Source: Callorhinchus milii (Eukaryota). Taken from it: a stretch of DNA of 64,000 nucleotides. Positions 12,320-25,241 of the stretch are shown in pieces (position 1 is the stretch's first letter; every line of letters starts with the position of its first letter). The DNA lies in assembly GCF_018977255.1 (NCBI RefSeq), contig NW_024704743.1, forward strand, positions 4,776,001 to 4,840,000, read 5' to 3'. The notes below the pieces were generated by a model. The model was not told where the DNA came from. It did not search any database and saw only the letters and a list, made by a program, of their open reading frames with translations. The position numbers and the translations under genes are program-made.

Positions 12320-14810
12320 CCTCATCATAGAGATGGAATATAGATAAACAGATCAGGGAAGTGAATGTGTGGCTGAAACAATGGTGTGAGAAGGAGTGGT
12401 TCCATTCCATAGGACACTGGCACCAGTACTTGGACAGGAATGAGCTGTACTGTTGAGATGGGCTGCACCTGAATAGGGCTGGGACCAAGGTACTAGCAAA
12501 AAAGATAAATAGGACTGTATAAAAAGCTTTAAACCAGTAAGGGGTCGGGTGGAAACCAAAGCATAAGGCAAGGAGAGGATGAGAGCAATTGTCAGAATAC
12601 CAATAATGATAAAGATAACATAAACACTACAAGAAAGAAAAAAGGTAATAGGAAATAAAACTAGTGAGCCAGAAGCACAAATTCAGCTTAAAGGGTATGA
12701 TGTAGTAGCCATTACAGAGACCTAGTTACAAGCTGAGCAGGACTGGGAGCTAAATATTCCAGGCTATAAGATCTTTAGAAAAGACAGGGACATTGGGAAA
12801 AGAGGAGGAGTAGCAATATTGATAAAAGATACCATTAGAGCAGTGGAAAGGGAAGATTTCCGTAAGGGTGATCAGGTCGTGGAAACATTGTGGGGAGAAT
12901 TAAGGAACAACAAAGGCGGTAAGACTCTGTTGGGAGTTGTCTACAGACCTTCAGAGAGTTGTGATGTAGTGGGGAAATGTATAAATACAGAGAAGCATGC
13001 AGCAAAAGCAATGTGGTTATAATGGGAGATTTTAATTTTCACATAGACTGGGGAGAAGCAGGACACCTCAGGCAACGAATTTCTAGAATGTATTCAGGAT
13101 AGTTTTTTGGAACAATATGTTTTAGTACCAACAAGGGAACAAGCCACACTGGATTTGGTGATGAGTAATGAGCCAGAACTAGTTAACAATCTGACAGTAA
13201 GGGCACACCTTGCAAATAGTGATCGTAATATGATTGAATTTGACATGGGATTTGAGAGGGAAAAGGAAAGTCCCAAATCAAGGTTTTAAATGTAATTAAG
13301 GCAAAGTTCGATGGGATGAGAAGTATATTGACCACAGTAAACTGGACTGAACTGTTAGTGGGTAACACCTGCAGATTGAACAATGGGAAGTATTCAAAAA
13401 AGTATTTGATGCAATACAGAACAAGTACTTACCCCTAACATGCAAAAGCTCCAATCGTGTCGTTAAGCAACCATGGCGGGCAAAAGAGGTTGGATTCGGG
13501 AATTGTGCCCTTAGATTGGAAAATTGCAAATGTCACCCCTTTACTTAAGAAGGGAGGGAGAGAGAAACCAGGAAACTACAGACCTGTCAGCTTAACGTCA
13601 GTTGTAGGGAAAATACTGGAAGCCATCATCAGGGAAAGAGTGACTGAACGCATGGACAGGTATGAGCTAGTCAAAGAGACTCAACATGGGTTTGTGAAGC
13701 GGTAGGTGGTGTCTGACTAATCTAGTTGAATTCTTTGAAGAGGTCACTAAAATGGTGTATTAGAGAGTGTCTATGGATGTCGTTTACATGGACTTTCAGA
13801 AGGCATTTGATAAGGTTCCACACAAATGATTATTAGCGAAAATGGATGTGCATGGAATCGGAGGTAACCTTGTGACGTGGCTTGGTAATTGGTTGGGAGG
13901 CAGGAAACAGCGGGTAGGGATAAAGGGACCGTTCTCTGATTGGCGGGACGTGACAAGTGATGTCGCCCAGGGGTCTGTACTGGGACCCCAGCTTTTCGCC
14001 ATATATACAAATGACTTGGATGAAGGACTAGAAAGTTTTATATCCAAGTTTGCAGACGACACTAAGCGAGGAGGCTCAGTAAGTTATGTAGATGGGAGTA
14101 GCAAGTTACAAAGAGACTTAGACAGATTAAGTGAGTGGGCAAAGCTGTGGCAGATGGAGTTCAATGTAGGGAAGTGTGAGGTCATCCACTATGGACCGAA
14201 AAAAGATGAAGCAGAATATTTTGTTAATGGGGAGAAATTAAGAACTGTGGAGGAGCTAAGAGATTTGGATGTCCATATCCACAAATCACTAAAAACTAGT
14301 TTCCAGGTGCAAAAAGTAAACAAAAAGACGAATGGAATGTTGGCCTAAAGGGGTTAAGTTACGAGGAAAGGCTGTGTAAACTTGGATTGTATTCCCTTGA
14401 GTTTAGATGGCTGAGGGGTGATTTGATTGAGGTATTTAAGATGATAAAGGGATTTGATAGGGTAGATACAGAGAAGCTATTTCCTCTGGTGGGGAAATCC
14501 AAAACAAAGGGGCGTAGTCTTAAAATTAGAACCAGGCCGTTTAAGAGTGAAATCAGGAAGAATGTTTTCACTCAAAGGGGGGGGTAGACGTCTAGAATTT
14601 TCTCCCCCAAAAGGCCGTGGATGCTGTATCCATCCACACCTTCAAGAGTGAAGTTGCTGGATTTTTGGTAGGTCAGGATATTAAGGAATATGGGGAGAAA
14701 GCAGGAAATTAGAATTGAAAGGATTGGTTCAGGTACAGATCATCCATGATCTAATTAAATGGCGGAACAGGCTCGAAGGGCTGAATGGCCTACTCCTGTT
14801 CCTATGTTCT
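12320..14810 (+). mobile_element. Decayed CR1 LINE: ORF1 esterase end, APE endonuclease, internally deleted tether, RT, 3' tail
   Basis: Broken-frame peptides DGLHLNRAGT, YDVVAITET, LLGVVYRP, DWKIANVTPL..NYRPVSLTS, QGSVLGP, SKFADDTK. 3' end ggctgaatggcctactcctgttcctatgt. Confidence 0.93.
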
Positions 14811-17162
14811 TTTGTAGAATGCACAGCGAAGTGAATGGATTGTGTATTTTGTGGGCGAAACGTGGCAGTTGTCAAGTGTGCACAGCGGTGTCTCACAAAC
14901 CGTTGCAGATTGAGTGACCACGTTTTTTTTTGAGGGGATTATTACCTAAAAAGATATCCTTTTAAACAATGACTGACTTTTGTAATCTCACATACGTAAG
15001 AAGGGTCAAGGTTTGAACGTGTGCAAGGTTCGGTTAAGATATTCTTTCAGCTGTAGCGGTTAATTTTTTTCAAAGAAATGTCGCAATTCTCAACTTTATT
15101 TCCAGGTGAGCAGTCCTTAGGTGATTTTTGTAACATATCTCACCACCATGCTGGATTAGTTGCTCTGCTCTACAATACAATTTGCACTTGCATAACATCT
15201 TTCATGTCAGGAGGAAGTCCCAAAGCACTTCACAGGATTTATTGTGAAGTGAAGTGGCTGTCTGGAAATGATGGGTTTGTAAGACCATTTTGTCCTAAAA
15301 TATAAGATCGCGCAGAATTGTTGAAACTTGTTGCACTTACTCGGTTTGGAAGCCTGATTTCCACAGTTCTCAGTTTTACATTAAAAAAAAAGCTCCCAAA
15401 TTGAGACCGAAATAAACAATTTGCCACAGTGTTCTTAAATCTTAATAGGAACGTAGTAAAAGGAATAGACCATTCAGTCCCTTCGAGCCTATGCATTTCA
15501 AAATACTGCAGTTGCGTTCAGATCTATTACAGAATCAAATATACAGTCAATTCATTTTACAGTATATTCTGTGAAGCGCTTTGAGACGTCTCGAAGACGT
15601 GATAAGACGCTATATCAAATGCAAGTATTATTATTAGTAGTAGTATTATTATTATAGCTGATGTGTACCTCAACTCCATTTTACCCGCCTTGGCTCCATA
15701 TCCCTTGATACCCTTACCTAACAAAAATCTATTAACACCTCAGTCTTACGACAGTGATGTGACAGGCTGAGACGAGGAGGATTTTCGAAGTTGCTACAAA
15801 CACACTATTTCCAGACAGCTTACAATCGCGATTCTTCCGTTGCGCGCGGAGCTCAGTGTATCGTGTCCATTTCGTTGTTATTGAGCTGGTCAAAGCGAAC
15901 CAGAAAAAAGGATTTGATTGTGACGAGTTTGAGACTTGACCTTGTTCTGTTCGATCGCTGGAAATCGGGAAGTCCCACCTTGTTGTGAAGTCTCTTGCAC
16001 CCAGGACTTGGGCAGGTTCAAACCTAAGAAATGACTCCCGAGAGTCATTGTGGTGTTGTATTTTAACACCTCCATAGAGTGAAGGAGATTGTTTGCCGCC
16101 TAGGATTCGCCTACACACTGAGCCGGTGATCACACCCTTAACTTGAAGCTACAGTGGAAATGAGATACAGGGCAGTGAGGGACACTAGCTCAGAGGGACC
16201 GTCGCTCATAGGGCCTATCTTGTTCATCTCCTCGCAAGAATTGTACTGACCTGGGAAGAGTCAGGCCTGACATTAAGTCACAGATTTGGAGCTTATTACT
16301 TCTTCGAGCCATACTGTACTGGGAGCGGAATCCCTTGGCACTGAGGTCTTAGAGCTACGGTGTACTGTTTCGTAATAGCAGATTCCTGGAGCCGATTGCT
16401 TCCTCGCCAAGTCATAGTGCTTTTCAGTTCATCCCTGCGACACAGAGGTGCACTGTTCTGTCCTGGCAGAGACACAGAGCAGATATCACTCACATTGAGT
16501 CACAGATCCGTGCTGTATTATGTTTGGATCAGATCACACCAATTCGCTCTTGAATGAGGAACAAGTGAAGACCTAAAGACTAGAGGATAAATTAATGATA
16601 TATATATATATATATATCTCCACATAAATTTCCTTTCGAAATGTTGAAGGCCCAACGAAGGGTGTCCTTCACTCAGTTTTAATTAAAAAAAATAAAAATC
16701 CAAATATATATTCTACATCCAACTATTCAAAGTAGTTTTTGCGGAAGGGAATGCCTTGCGCAATCCACTGACATCCTGGGAAGGTTTTTGCCCATTTTCG
16801 AATTTGTGTTGACGTATTATTATATTTAATATGAAAAAATGATGGTTTAAAGTGCAGTTACTTCCTTTGAGTTTTCTGTTATTTGACACGATTTTCTTTT
16901 TCTCTCTTACTCCCCCTACCACCATCACGCCCTCTCCCCCCACCTCCCCACACCCCCCGCACCCCCCCCACCCCCAAACCCTCCGCTTAATGCAATTGTC
17001 CCTTCAATTCCATCCCCATCTCTTTCGTCTGGTGGTTGTGCTTACTTACCCTCCTTTTCTCCTCGTCTCTCTTTCTCTCTCCACACTCCCCACTCCCCAC
17101 CCTCCCCCCCACCTCCCCGCCAACCACACACCCCCCCACCCCCGCAATTCCTGCCGCTATAG

Positions 17163-17192
17163 CCTCACAAGCTGGGGAAGCTGACCGAGCAG
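17163..17192 (+). CDS. DIP2C: Candidate alternative 30-nt DIP2C microexon (PHKLGKLTEQ)
   Basis: Long C/T-rich tract ending ctgccgctatag, then 30 nt open in phase 0, then CAG|gtaggg. It resembles a short insert I recall between AICLQ and GTSGPDP in some vertebrate DIP2 isoforms (not verified). Confidence 0.75.
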
Positions 17193-20100
17193 GTAGGGGA
17201 TTTTCATGTTCCCTATTTACCCTCCGATCAGCTTCTGACGGCGGGTGGGGTGGGACGGGGGCAGACTAGCGTGGAGTCTGGGGATCAGCGACCCCCGAAA
17301 GTTCTCATGGATCTCAGCCCGAAGACCCCATTTTGTCTTTGAATTCACGACAGTCCAGTATTTTCGGAAAAGCCTTCAATTCAGTCTGGATTTGGAGGCT
17401 GTGTTCCTTGCAGTACCTTGCGGGCTTTACTTAACAGTCGTCCGATTTCACAGTCTGTGGAGTAGCATTTTTTTTCACAAAAAGACTAGCTTGAGGGCTT
17501 CCCCCACCCCCCCCTCCCCCCCCCACCCCACCCCACCAACACTTCAAATCCTGTCTTTGGCGCACAGGTCTTCACAATGTCAATAACTCTCTTGAATATA
17601 GATTAAAGTTGGCTGGCGCCTATATTGGAGACTGAATCTTGAGAATTTTCTAAAAGCATAAACCTTAAGTGCAATAAAGGACCTTAAGACTAAGTTTGAT
17701 GTTCTGGCCGACAATCTCCCAGATAAAATTGGTCAATCACCCAGTGGCTGTTTGTGGGATATTGCTGTGCGCAACTTGGCTGCGTGTTTCGCCCACAAGA
17801 AACCACTTTGCAGTATATCCTGTGAAGCGCTTTGTGACGCTTCGACGAAGCGATATTATTAAGTCCGTGAAGGATTTCAGGCCTCTGAATCACAAGGTTC
17901 AAACCCTGCACACTTACCTACCTACCTATCTACCTACCTGGCTTTGGTCATTTCTTCTACCTTAAACAGAGTAAAAAGTAAATTGTCAGCATTTCACCAG
18001 CGAGCGAGTATTTAAGACTTTTTAAAGTTGTGCGTTCTGCCAGGAGTCGGAGAAATTAATTATTTTAACCTTTTTTTCCAGCGTAGATATGCTGGGAAGG
18101 AAAATAATTAGCCCCCTAATGACTTGAGTCTGTTACTAGTTAACTGCTTACTGTTAGACCAACACTGTGGGTTAATAAGATTTGTTCTACTCATTTGTTC
18201 TCATTCTGAATTTGAGTCACAAATTTGCACAACCACGATCGGAACAGTTAACTTTGTTATCTCCCCAATCGTCGCTAGTCTGTTAGGCTGCTGTTTTTTT
18301 TACTAAGAATTGAACACAAAAGGCCTGTTCCCTTCACTATTATCTCAGTCAGATGGTACGTCCTGTATGGGGTGTATATTCGTGGACTTGATGCGTTAGA
18401 CTGGGGCTTGTCAACATGTCCAAGTCTACTTATTGCCCATCACTCCAGCGGTAAGATCGCTCGGCAATAAAGTGTTGGCGAGCTTCACGTAAATAATAAT
18501 AATGATCCTTACATTTGATACAGCGCCTTATCATGTCCTTGAAACGTCTCAAAGCGCTTCACAGAATATACTGTCAGGTGGATTGACTGTATATTTTGTG
18601 GGCGAAACGTGATAGCCAATTGTGCACAGTAGCAGTCGTGGGTTGAGAGACCGACCACATTATCAGTATTTTATTTTTTTGGAAGTGATTATTGACCCCG
18701 GAAATCGATCCGCCAATCGACTAACAACCAGGTTCCTAGTTACTGCTAAAGTGAGTTTAGAAAAGTACTGCTCTGCGAAGTGCCTACCTCCCCCACCTCC
18801 CCACAAGCCCACCCCTTCCCAATAAAACAGTTCAATTGTGGATGGAAAGGAATCTCCACACTATGCCAAAATCAAATGGAGACAAAAATCCTTAATAGGC
18901 ATGGAGTCAGTGAGCCAGATCTATGGAATGAATTACATCAGCAAGCAAACTCATGGAAATATTCATCTGACAGTTTTTTAAACAGGGTGCCTTTGTGTGT
19001 TTTTTTTTTGCCTCTGCACTCTGAGACCCACCCTGCGTGAAGGGCACTATACAAATGCAAGTTTTTTTTTTCTTATCTGATAATAAGATTAATCCTTACA
19101 TTCGTTATAGTGTGTTTCACGTCGGGAGGACGTTCTCGAAGGGCTTCGTAGTATAAACGGCAGAGTGGAGCGCTTGATTGTGTTGTTTTGTGGGTAAACG
19201 TGGCAGCCGATTTTGCACAAGGCAACATCCCACAAACAGTCATGAGCGAATCATTCGATTTAAACATCAACAGCAGCAACTCACGCTCGTACAGCGCCCT
19301 TCACGTCGGAGACGTGGTGAACATTTGGCCAGGCCACCGGGAGAAGTCGTACCGTGGGATCTTTAACGTCCGCCTGAACAGGCAAATGGGACCTTGTCTT
19401 TAACTTCTCAGCCAAAGGTTGCAATTCACCTTTTTTTTTGGTGAATAGGTGATTTTACTGATGGCTGGTCAGGGCTCTGTAGCCCTGGTATCCACAGAGT
19501 CGTATTGGTTTGGGATTCTGTGGATAGAAGTGGGGGGGAGTGGGGGTGAGGGTTATAATTGTCGGAGCCTCTAATAACTCGTGAATTCCATGTGGTGAGC
19601 ACAGATGAGGATAGCAAACCAGAATCGAGGTGAAATCTGGACCAGGGGAATGGCTAGGTTCAAACCAAGGGTCTCAATGTGTGGGCCCCTGGTGCTGTTG
19701 CCACCTGGCTAGTTTTTTACCTTATCAATGCTTGTCACGGGATCAGAGGGAACAGTGTGCGTTCGGGACAGTCAGTGTTAATCACAAGATCACGTGTGCT
19801 GGGTGAAGAAGGCCCTTCGGCCCATCCAATCTCACAGGATTTACTGTAAAGTGAGGCGACTGTGTATTTTGTGGGCCAACACAACAACCAATTTGGACAC
19901 AGCAACCAACGTCCCACAAACAGACTTGGAACAAACGATCAATTTTATTTGGGGGGGATTATTGGTCAGGACACTGGGAGAAACTCCCTTCTCTTGCGGC
20001 GAATAGTTCCATGGGATCTTTAATGTCCACAGCTGAACAGGCAGAAAGATCCTTGGTTTATCATCTCACCCGAGAGACAGCGCTTCCTCCCCCCGCCCCC

Positions 20101-21163
20101 CAGTGCTGCGTTGGAGTGTCAGCTTAGACTATGTGAGTCTTGCAAGTTTGATGTTTGCATCGAATCCCAATGACTTAAGTTCTGATCCCAGACAGCCCTC
20201 TGCTGGATGAAGGGAGTTGAAAGGACAGCTAGTTGCTCCTCTTCCAGCCATTGTAAAGTAAGGCTCCATCAGGCCAGCTGAGGGTTTGTATTTGAGCTTT
20301 AAATCGGATAAGAACAACCTGCAAAGTTAACCCGGAATGTCAGTGCTAACTAAGAGAAATAAAGTCATTTTATTCGGGATTCAGAGAGCCCCAATGTACA
20401 TTGTTGGAGATGACCACAGGATAAAATGGTCCATACTTTTACTTTGCCCATATTCAGGTTTATCCTGTTCAAGTGATAAACAGGAAATAAAATAAAGCTT
20501 TACACGACACCTAAACTATGCTCCTTTTCTGGATCTTTGTTCCGATCCTCCCAGCCCCCCACCTAAAAAAAATCCACAGTCCTGGAGGCAGCACTGCTTT
20601 AAACTTGTAAGCGATGAATGTAAGTGACAGAAATGCTTCTGGGTACGTGAAAAAGTATCAAGAGGCATCAACAAAACTAGTGCTTACGGCAAACAGCAGA
20701 TCGCATACATATTCATTCGCTCGGTCACCCTCTCACTCGAACGAGGCTTAATCATGAGCCTGCCTGAGATTGGACACTTTACACAGCGAATTTGCAGCCC
20801 TCGTGATTTGAGAATTTGCTGGGAAAACTGTGCTGCGGTCAGCAAAACTTGTTTCTGTAAAGGCGGTAAAGAGAAATCGGGTAACCTACGGTGGGTCAAA
20901 TTGGGTTTTGCGATGGATTCATTTAGATTAGTAAAGTCGGAGCATACATTGTCAGCACAGGTTCTGTTAGGCCTCTGTTAATTTATCAATCCGCGGCTGG
21001 TTGTGGCACACTGCTACGCACAATTGACTGCCGCGTTTCGTCCACAAATTATACAGTCAGTTCACTTCAAAGTATCTCCTGTGAAGCGCTTTGAGACGTC
21101 TCGAAAGCGTGATAAGGCGCTACATCAAATGCAAGGATTATTATTGTTAGTTACTCTCAAATT

Positions 21164-21230
21164 CCCTCCCTCCCTCCCTCCTTCCCTCCCTCCCTCGCTC
21201 ACTCCCTCACTCACCCTCTCGCTCTCTCTT
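21164..21230. repeat. (CCCT)n / (CT)n simple repeat
   Basis: Direct reading of the sequence. Confidence 0.85.
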
Positions 21231-21925
21231 ACACACAAACCTCGAAGGCCTCATTAAAAAAAGCCCTCAGACTTCTAATGTTGACCATGGTGTTTTTTTC
21301 ATTGAAATAAAAAGTCGGTTTCCAAAAATAACAAGATATTAGCAATAGCTGGCTTGGAACAAATCTCTTGAGTGCTTTGCACCAAATTAGTACATTGTGG
21401 TGAAATGAGGATTGGCAACAGCATAGCCTCAAACTAAATTGTAATCACAAACCTCAGAAAAACAATTGCAAAAGACCCATTGAAACTTGGGGTGAACTGG
21501 GTCAAAATGGCTCAGGAAGGAGGAGTGGTGGGGGAGTCTCGTATCTATTTCAATCTGATGATTTAATTCCTGGTGAAGTTAGATTGTAGTGTTGGTAGTC
21601 AGATTACGACAGACCCGATGCTAACTGGGCATCGGCTTATCAAGAGTAGTTCTTGATGCTATTGTAAAGTTAAGGAAGTTCTTTCCCGCTCTTGCACACG
21701 CAGCGAGTGCTCAGCAGATCGCTCTCCCTGTCCCTGTTGATGTTTGTCTCCTGTCTGGGGCTTTAGAGAGAAAAATAACCCTCAGCTCTATTTATCGACC
21801 TTTAATTTGCTTGCTTAACACCGTAACTGTGTTGCATGATTTCAGTTGGTTTCTCTGCTGCTTTTTTTTTTGCTGACGCTGAATGAAGTGTTTGTGTTCC
21901 TTTCCCGTTGCTTTGCATTACGCAG

Positions 21926-21943
21926 GTTTGCAAAAGAAACACG
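21926..21943 (+). CDS. DIP2C: Candidate alternative 18-nt DIP2C microexon (VCKRNT)
   Basis: Strong polypyrimidine tract with TGC motifs ending ttacgcag. 18 nt open in phase 0. The donor ACG|gtgtct is weak. Confidence 0.5.
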
Positions 21944-22262
21944 GTGTCTTATATTTAAATGTTTTTTTTAAAAAATGACAAGTTTCGCGGACTCTCCCTG
22001 TGAGCGCGGTTTACTGTAACCAAACCGTGCGTTTATATTTAAATATTTACCCGTGCATTAGACTTGGAATTGGGTGAAAATGACAAACTGTGCAGTTCTT
22101 AGAGCCGCTCTGATGAGACTGATGAAAGTCCTTCACAAGTTAATGGTCCCACACAGGCTATTCCTGCTTACGAGTGATAGAAACGGATTTGCTTAACTCT
22201 CTAAAGATCTACCTGCTCCTTTTCAATGTTGTGTCTTAATTACCCAATGCTGTTGGTTGCAG

Positions 22263-22324
22263 GGGACTTCAGGACCTGACCCTACCACTGTATATGTGGA
22301 TATGAGAGCACTGCGACATGACAG
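22263..22324 (+). CDS. DIP2C: DIP2C coding exon (GTSGPDPTTVYVDMRALRHD-R), 62 nt
   Basis: ggttgcag acceptor, AG|gtaact donor. Canonical DIP2 peptide. Confidence 0.95.
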
Positions 22325-23835
22325 GTAACTGAAGGGTTCAGGGTTTTTTTTTTAATTCGTTCTCTAACTGATGGGAATTACATTTTACCCCAGTGGTTTA
22401 TAGGGTGCTCGTGATCGATTTCAATAACAGCAACAATAATAATAATCCTGGCGTTCGAAATATAGCGCCTTTCATGTCAAGGAGGGCGTCCCAGAATAGT
22501 TCGCAGAATTTATAATAATATTAATAATGATCTTTGCATTTGATATAGCGCCTGATCACGTCGCCGAGACGTCTCAAAGCGCTTCGCAGAACATGCTGTA
22601 AAGGTGAATTGACTGTATATTTAGTGTAAAGTGTGCTCTGTAGTTTTGTGGACGATTTAACCAATGGAATCAACAATCCCTGCTGCTGCCTTTGCTCTGT
22701 TGACCAGCCACGCTGGTTTGACAAACAGCACAGTGTTAGCATGTGCCATGTACATCCATTCGGTTACCTTTGCGCTTCAGGTGGGATGCAGGATCACTCT
22801 TTCATCTTCCTCAATGACAGTACACTCATCGGCAGCTTGAACTGTTCAGGCAGTGTCCCATAAAGATAATGGTAATTCCTGAAACCGTTGGAAGGGATTT
22901 GGTTTGAGATCTATTCGCGTGATAAGGCGCCATCGAAATGCAAGCTCTTTATTATCTTTCAAGTTGCTTTGCAGAAAGAAGCCAGTGGGTGATCAGGCAT
23001 TGCAGGGGGCGGTGGCGGGGGCTGGGTTTGAGGGGGAGAGAGAGAGAGAGAAGAATGGTGAATGAGAGCGAGTCATTTTCAGACCCGACTCACACACGGA
23101 GAGCAATGCCAAGTGCTTGCAATGCCAAGCTATGCAGTGTTATCCGGTTAAAATCCAGCAGTTACCCCAACTTACACTCTGGGCGTCCCAAGGCGCCTAA
23201 TCCTTTCCTGGAATTAACTGAGTAGGGTGCGTCCCTCTGGGGGGAGAGAGTGCGCATTCCATTCCAAACACAGGGAATTTCCATGTGTAGCTTCTATGTA
23301 TCGAACTCTGTGTGATTTCAATACTCAATCCTTTCGATATTGAGGATGCCAATGGATTTCTTGATGGGATGAGACCTCAGGCTGACCAGAAAAAAGCTTC
23401 AAGCAGTTACCCATCATCACTCCTCTTGTTCTTTCTCTCTTGTATGTCCACTGTTCTCCTCGCTTGACTTTCCTGCCGCAGAATCCGCACTGTATCTTTT
23501 TTTTTTCCGCGTTTTCCGAAGCCCGAAATTCCACCTAGTCCTAGCCTTGTCTTCACTCTGCTTCGAGGTGCTGTATAAAGTTGTTGCTATTACTACAAAT
23601 TTCAGATCGCATAAAACTGTGGAACTGTCTCAAACAAAGATCATGGAGCGTTGAAGAAAGTCCTTCAACTCAGTCTCACAACAACGACACAACCGAAACA
23701 ACTTACATATAGCACCTTTAGCGTCTCGGAGCATTTAACAATTGGTTATTCACTTTGTGGCTGTCTGTTCACAAATTTGCGGCCACTTTCACCGACAAAT
23801 ACATGGAAGGAAATTCCAGCCGGCTCTAAATTTAT

Positions 23836-24213
23836 ATAATAATATAATAAACCTTGCATTTGATGTAGCGCCTTATCACGTCTTCGAGACGTCTCAAAGC
23901 GCTTCACAGGATACACTGCAAAGTGAATTGACTGCATACTTTGTGGGCAAAATGCGGCAGCCAAATGCGCACAGCAGCGTCCCACAAACAGTCACGGATT
24001 GAAGTGACCAATTATTATTATTTTTTTTAAGGAATTATTATCCCTTATTATGATTATGATCCGCCAATCGACCAGCAACCGGGTTCTTGCTTACTGCTAG
24101 GTGTACAGAGGCGTGTGGAATAAGGAAACGTACCCAACATTTCGCCCTGCCCGGGAATCGAACCCAGATCTCTCGTTTGAAAGGCGAGAGCTCTAACCAC
24201 TGAGCTACAGGAC
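23836..24213 (-). mobile_element. tRNA-derived SINE, longer subfamily
   Basis: Same tRNA head and tail with an extra internal segment (atccgccaatcgaccagcaaccggg...). Confidence 0.8.
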
Positions 24214-24947
24214 GTCACAGAGCAAATTTACTCTGTCAACGTAGCATCTTAGAGAGCCCAGAATTTGTTTGGCAAAGTGTTGAATTCAGGTTTAAATTTA
24301 GTTTTCTGCAGTTTTTCCAAATAAATGTGCAGAAAATCCGGTTGAATTGCAAAACAGAGCTCTAGAGATTAAGATCATCAGCAGCTCTGGCTCTCTAATT
24401 TCTTCAGCTCACGTTGATGTTCTATTCCCATTAAGTACTTTTGTTAGAACATATCTGTTGTGTACCATTTCCTTTTATGGGAATTGGCTGTCCTGCTGTG
24501 ATGCCAGTGGGGTTTTTTTGTATGCGGGTTTTCAAGCATTCTTGAACGTAGGAAATAATCTTCTGCAGAATTTCTTTGTTCTGTTACTTCATTAATGACT
24601 TGGAAAAATTACTAATGGAAACGAAACACTAGCTGTAAAGAATTCCACATACGATGCAGCCTACAGATTACGTTTATATCGATCCCATCATTCTTAATAT
24701 GTTTTAGTTGAACCCATTGCCAATTCAGTGACAGTGAGTGCCTAGTCACCAGCTTGAATGCTGAGGAAGATGGCAATATTTCAACTGAAATGGAGTTGAA
24801 AGAACTTGTACTTTTATAGGGCATTGTGGCAATGAAATGTCTCAAATTACTCTCAAAGGCGAAGAGAGCAGGGAATTTCTCCCGGTGTCCTGGCCAACAA
24901 TTCTCCACATTAAAAAAAAATTTGGTTATTCGTTTTTATGGCTGTTT

Positions 24948-25241
24948 ATAATAATAATAATAATAATAATCCTTGCATTTGATATAGCGCTTTTCACGTC
25001 AGGAGGACGTCCCAAAGCGCTTCACAGAACACACTGTAAAGTGAATTACTGTATATTTGTGGGCAAACGCGGCAGCCAATTGTGCACAGCAATGTCCCAC
25101 AAACAGTCGTAGATTGAAAATGACCAATTTATTATTGTTTTTGGTTTTGGAGGGATTATTATTAGGCTCTGTGTGGAGTAAGGAAACTTGCCCAAGGTTT
25201 CGCCCTCTGCCTGGAGTGGAACTCAGGTCTCTCGCTTGCGA
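24948..25241 (-). mobile_element. 5'-truncated young tRNA-derived SINE
   Basis: Matches the family from the (ATT)n tail up to the middle of the tRNA head. Confidence 0.88.

Noticed and set aside
15732..16560. Unique-looking stretch with several 60-130 aa ORFs (nested gene or pseudogene)
   Set aside because: No recognisable protein motif or consistent splice structure in any frame I read.
22105..22140. CTGATGA plus a gact/agtc stem resembling a hammerhead or C/D box
   Set aside because: No GAAA follows the stem, and no closing helices or partner box are evident.
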